A DNA stretch of 64,000 bases, taken from Amphiscolops sp. MND2022. Its lineage: Eukaryota. The DNA lies in contig OZ076409.1 in the NCBI GenBank assembly GCA_964187785.1, positions 26,662,001 to 26,726,000 of the forward strand, written 5' to 3'. The position numbers were made by a program, and so were the translations under genes. Under the pieces are notes generated by a model, which worked only from the letters and a program-made list of their open reading frames with translations, did not search any database and was not told the DNA's origin. Shown in pieces: positions 26,401 through 37,588 of this stretch; position 1 is the stretch's first letter, and the number at the start of each line of letters is the position of its first letter.

Positions 26401-28169
26401 CATTGAAACAATAAAAACTCAACAAAAACAAGACACTGTTTTACAAAAGGTTTACCAATGGATACTTAATAATGAAAGACCCTTACAAATAGACCCAACA
26501 ATTGCAGCTAATTCTTTCTTATTAGTATACTACAAAATTTTCAACCAATTATATATTAACCATGACACAAACATTATCCATATAGATTATCCTAATCTTC
26601 ACGATTCCAATCCGAATCAAAGAGACAAAATATGCTTACCATTTAAACTCTTCCATGCAGCTTTTAACAAACTTCATGCTCATGGACATTCAGGTATAAA
26701 AATCTCCATCAAAGCTTTTACCCAATTTTATTTCATACCATATTTGAATAAACGGATGTCAATATTCATCCATGATTGTATTGAATGTCAACAAAATAAA
26801 CATAAACCAAAAAATACAAACTGCATCCATGCAAACATTCTCAGAAAATGCTTCATATTTCAATTATCGAATATCAATGGACACAAAAGGACCTATAAAC
26901 CCGCCATCAAATCAAAACTCATACATTCATGTTATAGTAGACGCTTTCAGCCACTTTGTAGTAACAGTACCTATAAAACAAAATAATGCTCAAAACGCTG
27001 TTAACTCAATACTACATCATTGGATAACAAAATTTGGACCCCCTGTATATCTAGTTACCGACAGTGGAACAGAATACATTAATTCAGAATTTGCAAATCT
27101 TTGTACAACAATGGGAATTAGACATTCACCAAGAACTCCTTATGCACCATGAACAAATGGTCTAGTTGAAAATCAAAACAGAAATCTTGGAACTCATCTC
27201 AGACTTTTCTTACATAACACCCCAGAAAACTGGTCTACACAAGTTCATATGTATGCTTATGCACATAATTCACAACCACTTTCTGAAATTAACTTATCTC
27301 CTTATGAAATAGTATTTCATACTGTACCCAGAATTCCAAATAATTTTGAACTCAATCTCCAAAAAGATACATATAGAAAATGTACTTCCCAATATTGTCA
27401 AGAATTACCACTTCATACACACTATGACAAATCAAATTTAAACCCCTTTTTCCATAAAATTTTATCTAAACCGATCCCACAATGGATCTTAGCCACTGAA
27501 ACTGCTATGATACAAATATACCACACAGTATATGAAAACACAAAACGAAAAATTAATTCTTACGCGTATTTTAATAAAACATACCACAATCCAAGACCCT
27601 TGGATATCGGTACATTTGTACTGAAAACAAATTTTCTCCATGTTCATTTTTCTGACAAATTAAAACCTCTCAGAATTGGACCATTCAAAATTTTTAACAA
27701 AATTTCTGATATAACATATGAAATTGTTAATCAAGATGGTTACACATCTCACATACACAGAAACCATTTAATTCCTTATTATCCAAAAGAACCAGTTATT
27801 TTTCCTTTCCTACAACAGTATAATCCTCATTTATTCAATGATAATTATTCAAATATAAACGACCAAATAATTAACTCCGATGGAAACCCACTTAATGACG
27901 AAGATCAATTTTCTTCCACAACATCTAATAAAGAAACGGATATACCATCCACAATCGACTTCCAACCAGAGCATTTTAGCCAATATTCTTCATTTCCGTA
28001 CCAACAAAAAGAACAAATTACTCAAAATACCAACATAGATAACCAATCAGATATTCATGACTATGATATCTTTATTAACCCCCGAAGACACTCCTATAAT
28101 AAATACAATTTCCGCCCACAACCAAGAAAAGACTATCAACTTTTCCTTGGAGAAAACGATATAATTTGA
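23401..28169 (+). pseudogene. pol: pol: aspartic protease, RT, RNase H, integrase (disrupted)
   Basis: LDTGAS (23431-23448), RT YIDD, RNase H ITVDASLVGLG / ELLAIV / TDHKPL, integrase HHCC, SMDTKG / VTDSGTEY core and GPF motif; frameshifts near 24841, 26150 and 26810, TGA at 27150. Confidence 0.96.
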
Positions 28170-28359
28170 CTTTCTCAAAAATCCTGCTGAGATACGGAAT
28201 ACAGAAAAGAATACACAAAGAAAATTTGAAAGGAAAAGAGAAAGTTTGAAGCTTAATGTGGAATTGAATGAAAAATACTTCACAAGAGATAATAAAAGAG
28301 AAAAGTCCTAATTGATATAAAATTATAAACTAATATACAAATTGAACAAACTACCATAA

Positions 28360-29759
28360 CACAAAGATTCCAAAATTGATAGACATATTCACTCACCATC
28401 ATCAACCACAAATAACTCATCTTCTAGTTCAACACATTCACTCCAAAGACTACCTGAATATACAGCATATTTAAACTCAGATACAGACATACTGGATTCC
28501 TCATCCTCAAATCTTAGCCCATCCGCTCCTTATTCTCCTGATAGAGTACCAACAACACCCACAATTACACCTATACCCCAAACTCAAACACTAGTAATAA
28601 CAACTCAATCACAACCTACTTCACGAAATCTAACATTTGCCGAAACAAAGTCACCAATTTCTGTCAATTTTAAATAGACCTCCTCTTCCACCAATTACTA
28701 CCACTCGTTCCGTTCATATCCCTGATCCCAGCTCAGTTCTACAATACATAAATTCTTGTCCACATAAAGTACCAACTGCAACGAAAACAAAAAGAAAAAC
28801 TCCTTTACCTACATTACCACAAAACCTTAATTTATCATCATCAAGTAATACTCCAATAACATTCTTACCAGAACCTTCATTGAAATCACCAGCAAAGAAA
28901 TCACAACAACACCCAACTCCTTCACCATCTGAACTAAGTTCATTCACATTTTCTCAAATATATCCCAAGCTTGAATTAGAACGTGTACATTCCACCACCA
29001 CCTCTTCTTTAACAGATTTATATCTTAAAGACAAAGATTCTGACTCAACTGCTAGTCCTAGAATACCAAGACATAATTATAACCTTCGATCTCAGCAACA
29101 AAGAAATTTTTAAGAATTAACATCTTTAACTAGTTCAAGTCTAACTCAAGACTACTTAGACAGCACGCCCAACCCAGATTGGACACTCCTTCTCTTTCCT
29201 CATCTCAACCCACTATTCAATCTTCTTTTTCACTACCATTCCAAATCACATCAGGATTTGAAACAGCTTCTCTTCTCTCTGAAGACCCAGCAACTAAATC
29301 AGATAGCGCAGCTAATTTTTCACGAGTTTACTCGCCTAGTTCAATAGCATCGAACTCTTCTACACAATTACTTGAATATTTTTTAGAAGATTTCTCAAGA
29401 CCTCCAACACGAAAGTTAACTCAAAAATTGTTCGTACACTTAACGAAGATCCTCGATACACGGTCTTACCTGTACGATTTATAAACAACAGGTCACTCTC
29501 AACTCAAATGAAACAAAGAGAATTACGAAGATTACAAGAACAACAACTCACATTAAAATTTGAAGTAGAAGTCACATTCAATTCGTTAGGACCTCACCCA
29601 TTCTCGCTTTCAACAAGAGTAGCACACAAAACAACCCCATCACCATTCATAGTCACATCCATTTCTTACCTTTGTGACGCAGAAGTACCTGAGATTAGAA
29701 CAGGACATATAAACTTTTTTAATCCTTGTTCCGGACTTACTTATAGAACAAAATTTTAA
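28360..29759 (+). pseudogene. Accessory Ser/Thr/Pro-rich ORF between pol and env (fragmented), function unknown
   Basis: Consecutive reading frames 28360-28679, 28637-29113, 29179-29484 and 29508-29759 with continuous S/T/P-rich composition; contains PSAP and PPLPP. Confidence 0.6.
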
Positions 29760-29761
29760 CT

Positions 29762-32340
29762 GATATTTTAACCAAGAACCAAATTACCCTTACCCTATAC
29801 TTAATACAAGTTGTTAAATACACATATATAATACATATAGTTCACTCCTTCGTTCAACCTTCAACTGTTCCTAAAGTTGACACAACCAATTCCGAAAATC
29901 ATATTTCAGACAAAGACCCTAACATTTTAAACTTGATGGTATCCCATTATGATTGTGCAAAACAAAACAACCTAAGACAATTCAGTTTATTAAATGTTGA
30001 ACCATGTAAACAAGCACCCTCAGATATACAACACACAAAAACCCAAGCAACAGTTTATGTTAGAGCAAAAGCCAAACGAACAAAAGCCTTTAAATGCGAA
30101 GCATATATAAAGATTGAAAAAGTCTGGTGTTCACAAACATTCACATCTAGTAGACGATATGATCGTTTACAATGGGGACAAAACACATTAGAACTTCCAA
30201 AAATAATGGACCCTTTTGAATGCAAGAATATGGTAAGATATTTAAACGCAACTGATAGCGAAGAACTAAACAATTACTATATACAAACTCTTTCTCATTG
30301 TTTGACGGTAGTAACTATCAAAACACAATTGAACGAATTCAAACACAATTCAGGGTAAAAAATTAAATACATGGAATATTGGAACCTTCGTATTCGATGA
30401 AAATTATCCCGACTGGATAGGTAATGTTACACAAAATACATACTCCAGATGTCGATCAGACCGAGAACATTTGATTACCCGACAAAGTTGGAAACTTAGA
30501 ATTGTTAACACCGCAATAGAATATGACAATAAAAACAATCAATTAATACACGACGGACACATATTACCATGTTATCATTCAGATGGATTTTGTAAACCAA
30601 CGACCAAAACTCCATACACATTAACATGGTTTGATGCAAAATTTTGCCTCATATTTCAACTTCAAGAATTCATTGGTAGAATGACACGAATCAAAGATAG
30701 ATATTGGATTGAAACCGATACCTTCATTGAAACTTCAAATATCAAAAAAGAACTTCAAACTGAAGGAATACAAGGAACAAGATATCCAAATGTGAAAACA
30801 CCACAATCAAAAATAAGCAATCCAAGCCTTTCTCGATTTGAAATATACCCAATTGCACAAACCTTCTGTGGAAAACCTGAACCATTATTCTCAACACAAT
30901 ATGATGACATCTTTGTTACATACTTAGATGGTTTCAATATGAACACAGGACTACCAAAACCACACTCAATAATTGATCAAACAATTAGTGGAAACATAAA
31001 ATATGATGACTCAAATAAAAGGTATATATTCCCTGCATTGAATATATCAAATAATTTCGCCACTTTAGATTACGATGCCCATATTAATACAAAAATTGAT
31101 TTCACAATAAATCATGTATTTAAATCCATGACAGTACAAGAACTAAACACCCTTCATGCAATATGTGAACTGGAAAGAACTCAATTGTTAACAATCTTAG
31201 CTATGTCAGTAAAAAATCCTCAATTAGCCGGTTTTCTTTTAACTGGAAATCGTAGTAACTTTCTCTACGTTGAAGGATCTACAGCATGGCTGTATGATTG
31301 CCCTCATTTTATATCACCACTATACAAAGCAGATAAATGCTTTGATAGAATTCCCATACATTACAGAGAAACGACAATGTATGTTGATCCTATAACAAGA
31401 CAAACTTTTAACTACGCAACACCAATTGAATGTGGAAATAACCCACAAAATATAATTGAATTAGACCCAGACTCTCTTAACACCAGAACCACTCAAACGA
31501 GAAGCACCACAAATGTTTAAACCTACCCAAATTAAAACAACAATCACTCCTAATACAATTACCGCCCAAGATGCCGGTATATACTCAAATGCAGAATTAG
31601 ATCAATTCTGGAATAGAGTTTTATTTGCTAAACATTCAGACACAACCCTTCAATTACTTGGAAAATCATTAAGCTATGATTTTATTACAGTGCACAATGA
31701 TAAACATTCATACTCAGGACATAATCCTTATAATCATTTAAGGATTGGAGTACATGACCACTTGTTAAACCTTTTACCACTTTTTAATCCTGACTGGTTC
31801 AGTCAAGCATTCATTAATTTCTTTGGATACCCATGTTATGTTTTAACACAATGTGGAATTTAGTTTTCAACATTTCTTTTCATTAGAGAAGTTTTAACAT
31901 TTTTACTCAAATTCTACAGAACAATTAGCATAAAATACAATCTCCAAAGTAACATTTCCATTTTGAGTTCAATAGCCCATGGATTTTTTAATATAGTTAC
32001 ATCGGAAATGGTAACCGATTTAAACAATACAGGAAAAAGAAAACGGATATATACTAAACACAAAATTACAACAAGTGAAAATGACAATATACTATTGCCG
32101 GAAAAAGAAATAAAAAACAAACTAAAATACTCCGATAATGACTCCCCTTATTTACCTCCGAAATATTCCAGTAAGAATTCAATATTTCAATCACCGCAAA
32201 AGACACACCCAACTACTGTCAAGACACACCCAACTACTGTCAACGATATTAATTCTCAGGACTATGACCAAGTAGTATCAAATGTAATAGCTATACCGGA
32301 AAGTCCTGCTAAAGTCTTTATTAAATTTAATCCCTCCTAG
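29762..32340 (+). pseudogene. env: Envelope glycoprotein, class III fusogen (chuvirus G / herpesvirus gB-like), disrupted
   Basis: Hydrophobic signal-like stretch ITLTLYLIQVVKYTYIIHIVHS, then HYDCAKQNNLRQFSLLNVEPC; INTKID...ICELER...NPQLAG...WLYDC...CFDRIPI...YVDPITRQ...TPIEC; C-terminal TM around 31805-31915; frameshifts near 30290 and 31475, TAG at 31861. Confidence 0.85.
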
Positions 32341-32795
32341 CTAAACCAAAATAAACAAATTAACCTCAAAAAAAAGTTCAAAAATAGATCAATAAAATTC
32401 TTCTCAGTTTAACGTTCATTCAAACCCAAATTCTCACTCGGACCAGTCTCCCCTTTTCAACTCAACAAAAATTCACTTACCTATCAAAACTCAGCTCTCA
32501 ACCAGAAGACTTCAACTGGATTTTCAGTCCTCCTAAAAAAGACCGAAATTACAGAAGTTTCTATTCCTGGAATAGATGCCACTGTGATTGTTGATGTTTT
32601 CAACCAACTGTTGATGTTTTCAACCCACCATTGACTCAGTTATTCCCATATTGTAAGTACAATTTAAACTTCATTTTTAACAAACAATTTAATGAATAGA
32701 AAAGACATAACGAAATTTTTTCTCATTATTAAAAATAGTATAATCAAACGTTGTAATAATTATTTTAGCTCTACAAAAACACACAAGTTTAAATA

Positions 32796-34088
32796 ATGGA
32801 ATCCTTGCCCGAAATTGATGTAGTTAATTCTAACCCCTCTGAATTGCTTGCACCCCCCTTGAATATAACCATTCAACAAAATGTTAACGAAGATAATAAC
32901 TCTTCTTCAAACTCTCAAGATCTCTTAGAAACTATTCCTATTGAACAAATAGATCAAGTTAACGCAAGATCTCAAAAAAGAAAGTACCCAGACATAACTG
33001 CAGACAAACCATTTATGGAATCTGGCGCTTGCCCTCCTTTCATAAAGCCAATTAAACAAGATGAAGATAGAGATTGTGAATTAGTTTCTATTCTCTCATC
33101 AAAACAGTTTACCTTTCAATCTCAGTTAACCTCGTTATACATGATTCCAACAAAATACAAATTTATCATCAGAGAATTTAAAAATGATTATCATACTTCA
33201 ATTGCTTCAAAATTGATCACCCCATATGATTGGTGGTTGAACAATAAAGTGAAAATTTTTTCACTCCAATATAATTTCCTCAGACCATCTCCATATGATC
33301 TTCGAACCGAAGAAAATGACGCAAATTTTCTACCATACTAAATCAAAAAAGCTCATCACATAACTTATCAAAAGTTTCTTCAATATAAAGAACCCAAAAA
33401 TTATATATTCTTCAACTCCAAATACACCTCGCCATTTACTTTCAACTCAGAATACTTAATAGATCATACCAAAACAAAAGGAAAACTTAGAAATTATGAC
33501 CCGCTGAAACAAAGTTTTCTTTTCCTTCCGAACGATAACCCAAAAAGACCAATCATTGTACCACAAGAATACCTCATCTTGAACGACGATTCGTTATTAC
33601 AAGAAGATATACCTCAAAATATATCTGATCCTCTTCCTCCACTTCAACATATAGCCTCTCAACCTTTAGGAGACTGTGAAAAATCTTATTTCTACGCAAT
33701 GACCAAAAAAGGATATTCAAATAACGAATTAATTTTCATTATTTCTCACCTGCTTTCACTTCTTACAAATGGAAATCATAAAGAACACAAAAAGACAAAA
33801 CCAGAATTGCCAAAGAAAACTAAAAATGACATTCCTCAACCACAAAGTTTTCGCCCAACTGACGAATTACAGAAATATACCGAAATTCTGAACATCATAA
33901 AACCTTATCATCGTCCGAACCGAGATATTCTTATAACAATCGCCGAAATCGTAAATACCCTTGAACAAGCTCGAAGCATTATACAAAATATCGTATTTGA
34001 TACGACAAGAATTAGCCAATCAGCTTTGTGTATTCGCATATCTTTAGACGAATTCAACTACACAATTGAAAAAATGCACCGATCTTAA
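32796..34088 (+). pseudogene. Accessory ORF downstream of env (~430 codons, single internal stop at 33339), function unknown
   Basis: ORFs 32796-33341 and 33579-34088 share a frame and the intervening codons are open; preceded by tattttag acceptor-like site at 32761-32768. Confidence 0.7.
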
Positions 34089-34494
34089 CTGGTAATTATG
34101 GGATAATCACTTTAAATTGTTAACACTTATCACTTAATCTCTTAACAACCTGTCAAAATTAATTGAGTCTACACGCATATACCTGCTACGCAGGATTATA
34201 GTACATATTTGATATTAAAACATTTCTTTAAAATAAAATATTATAAAAAATTTCAATCATGACATAAAAATTTTTAAAAAAATTTCCCAATTGCTCCTCC
34301 TTTTAATTGACCGATTTCAACAAATAAGTACTTATATGAAAGATATTTAAAAATCCTTCAAAAAGCTTCCAAAATACAGCAACTTAATTCTTAAAATTAA
34401 AAAGTTATAACATCACAAATTACATCAAAAAACTGTCAACTACGAAATTCTATTTTCAAAGAAACTTTATTGTAAACAAACTAATCTATTTTAG

Positions 34495-35087
34495 GTGAAT
34501 ATCGTCACAACTGCTTCTTCATCATTCCTTCCTCCTCTCAAGCCCTCCATCCAAAAAGAATTCCAACGTATCTTCCACAAAATTCAACGAAATTCTTCAT
34601 ATTCTTCAACATGACAACTCTTCATTCTGGTGACATAGATTGCCCGATAGCTCCTTTTCTTTCAATTTGTTCAGCTCGATTGCGATCCTTGATTCTGAAA
34701 AAGCATTTAACAACATTAAATGCGCAACTCAAAGCAGATAAAAAGGCTGACCCTCATCTTACAAGGATGATATTGCTCAATATGTTACAAATATTCCAAA
34801 TTACACAAATAAATTTTGACCAATATCTTCAAATTCATAAACATCCTGATACATATTCAACCCAACGAGACACCGCTACCCAAACAGAGCATACGACCAT
34901 CAAACCCAAACGTTTAATGCGAAGTCTATCTAACAGAATGCGTTCTGAAATGGAAAAACAAACTCTAAATTCCTATTGGCCTTCAAATGATAACGACGAT
35001 ACTGATGAAGAACTTCAAAAAGACCCTCCAGAAGGACGTCTAGATGATAATTATCCATACAAAACGTATACTTACGTCTCTTTCTAA
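34495..35087 (+). CDS. Second accessory ORF downstream of env, probably a spliced exon, function unknown
   Basis: Branch point CTAAT (34481-34485) + tattttag|GT acceptor; frame open from 34497 through ATG 34611 to TAA 35087. Confidence 0.55.
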
Positions 35088-36130
35088 TATCAACAGATGA
35101 CATCAACAGCACTCGTCCACTCCCATATTCAAATCCAACAATTGATCGTCAAAACTCAGCACCCATCTACAACTTCATCGCCGCCCAACAGATGAACCAT
35201 CTTCATCCATCTGCTGACCCATCTTCATCCATCTGCTGACCCATCTTCATCCATCTTCTAATCTTCAATCTTCAGCCATCCAGTCCCAGCCGAAGAAGAT
35301 GATTAATAATCAATAATAAAGGAAACTCAAAAAACATTGTGCATGATAATATGTCAAAAACTTTCAAACTTATATCGAAAAATTAACAATGTATTTATTA
35401 TTTCAAATTTCATCCCACCCATATTTATTTGCCCTTAAAATCCTTAAATTCACACCCATACCGATATTTAATTGCTTATTTTTAAAAAATAATTAATAGT
35501 TATTATTTTTCGGTGCTATCCTATCCAAAAAATTCACATATGTTAACAATTAATCTTTTCAAATTTCAACAAAACAAGTTCAAAAATAGATCAAGCACAT
35601 TGTTCAAATCAGATTCGAATAATGACAGACCCAAATTCTCAAAGTTTTCAACGTTTGTTACATAACAAACCCGCCAAAGTTGATCACAACCTGATATCTT
35701 TTCAGATAGTTTTCACACTTGATGAAAAAATTTTAACAACAATAATTTTTCAATGACTCTTTAACCTTTAACTCGTATGATGTTTGCTCACGTTTGTTCA
35801 ATGCGAAGTTCATTCAAAGACTTCGACAGAGGCATAAAATTGAGCAACTACTAGTTCAAAAAACAAGCCGACGAAAGCATAGTGAAAAAGAACACTTTGA
35901 CGCTTTTTGAACTGTAGTCGCACCTACGAGGTGTCACTCAAAAATTTTGACAAGTCGAGGTACACCAATGAGTCGAACTTACACCACTCTTAAAGAGACT
36001 TATGCCAATAATCCATCAAATGAAAAATGTCAACTAGCTGAAACGCTAAAAATATTTAAACAACCTTTTTACTCGACTTTAATTCATGATGCTACCTTGA
36101 AATTTTATTTTCTTTAAAAACCGGGATGGA

Positions 36131-36401
36131 TGTACTGACCTACATTAATAACCAATAGTATTTAGATGTTTATAGAATGTTCTAGAATGTACATTTATTT
36201 GTTATTGAATGATTGTAAATCTCTACTCCCTCAGAGAGAGAAAGCTAATAATCTGTATTCGGTTGACTTCCTTTTTGTTCTACTTCTACCACCTCGAACT
36301 AGTTGTAATAAAGTTAACTAGCTAGCCTGTCTCTTAGCCGCTTTTAGTAGTTGTGAATAGTACCACCAATAACGCAATAACAACACTTTAAAAGCAGCAC
36401 A
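36131..36401 (+). repeat. 3' LTR of element 1
   Basis: Direct repeat of 18027-18297; preceded by purine-rich aaaaaccgggatgga (PPT-like). Confidence 0.97.
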
Positions 36402-37588
36402 GTTGTCGAGCTCTTCAATTGAAATACGCCTTCGGAAATGCGCCATAATCAAATACTGAAGTATTTCTAGGATAAGCTCGAGAAAAGAGATAAGAATCAA
36501 TGTTTACTCTCAACGTAAGGTTACTGTTATGATGCAAGCATTTAGAGTATAGGCTAAGTAGTTGTTAGTAAACAAACTAAAAATAGCAACGGAGATATAA
36601 TGTTGTTTATCAACAGTGTCTTCTACATTCCCCCTTCTGTGATTGGAGGAGAATCATCCAATGGATATCCATTGCGGTCCTTTTTGTCGTTATGTTCGGT
36701 CGTCCGTCCCTGGTCTGGTGATGTTTTCTCCGGTGTTCGTGAGAAGCGTGTTGTATTTCCGGTTGTGGGTAAGTTGTACGTCTTGGGCGATTCACTGGTC
36801 GTCCTCTTTGTCCTGTTCCGGCATTTCTTTCGTGCACTCCGGAAGTGGTGACAGGGTGATTCGTTTTGTTGTGTTTCCTGTAATCAGATTGGTTAACTGA
36901 GTCAATTAATATAACGATTGGGTTTGTTTTCGTTAACCTCTTTGACCGGCGTAGGTTAGCATTTTTTAGTTTTTCTATGTCTTTTTCTTTTTCAGTGCTA
37001 GAACTTAGATTACTTGCTAATTCTAGTTCTGAGAACTTGCTAATTCTGTTTTGTTATTATAAACTGTTACCTTACCGGAATTGTCTCTGATTTGGATCTC
37101 TTGCCCCGACTGTAGGGAGTCTCTTATTGTTTGGTCTATGTCGGAATCCGACATTTGGTCCGTATTTATGGTTAATGGTCCCATCTCTGAGCTTTTTGTT
37201 TGCCTGGTGTTTTGCCTGAGGATGCTGAGGCTGTGCGGTCTCTTATCAGCCGTGGCTTGCCTCTGCCATTTGTTCCTGGCCGTTTAGTGGTGGGCGGTTC
37301 TGGGCTGGTATCCAGATCTTCTTTCGATTAGGATTTTTCGGGAGTAGTGGTGGCTTTGTTTGGTTTCCTTGCAAATCTCCCGTCTGGTCCTCTTAGTCCG
37401 GTCCCTCTGTTTGTTGGTTCCTGTTCAAATGTATCAATATGTTTGCTAATAAGTTTACGGTGAATAATTTTATTATCTGAAGTTGTCACTCTATGTTTTG
37501 TTCCATTGACTGCTGTTTTTAAGTGTTCCGAGCGTGGGCTTTCAAATTTTCCCTTCTCTTTTTTTGTTCGATGAATTGAAACGGATAT

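Larger units (their letters stand above)
18027..36401 (+). mobile_element. Giant (18,375 bp) env-bearing Ty3/Gypsy LTR retrotransposon / ERV-like element
   Basis: 271-bp TG...CA LTRs at 18027-18297 and 36131-36401 (6 mismatches counted by eye), 4-bp TSD GTTG (18023-18026, 36402-36405), PBS after 5' LTR, PPT before 3' LTR, domain order PR-RT-RH-INT. Confidence 0.97.
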
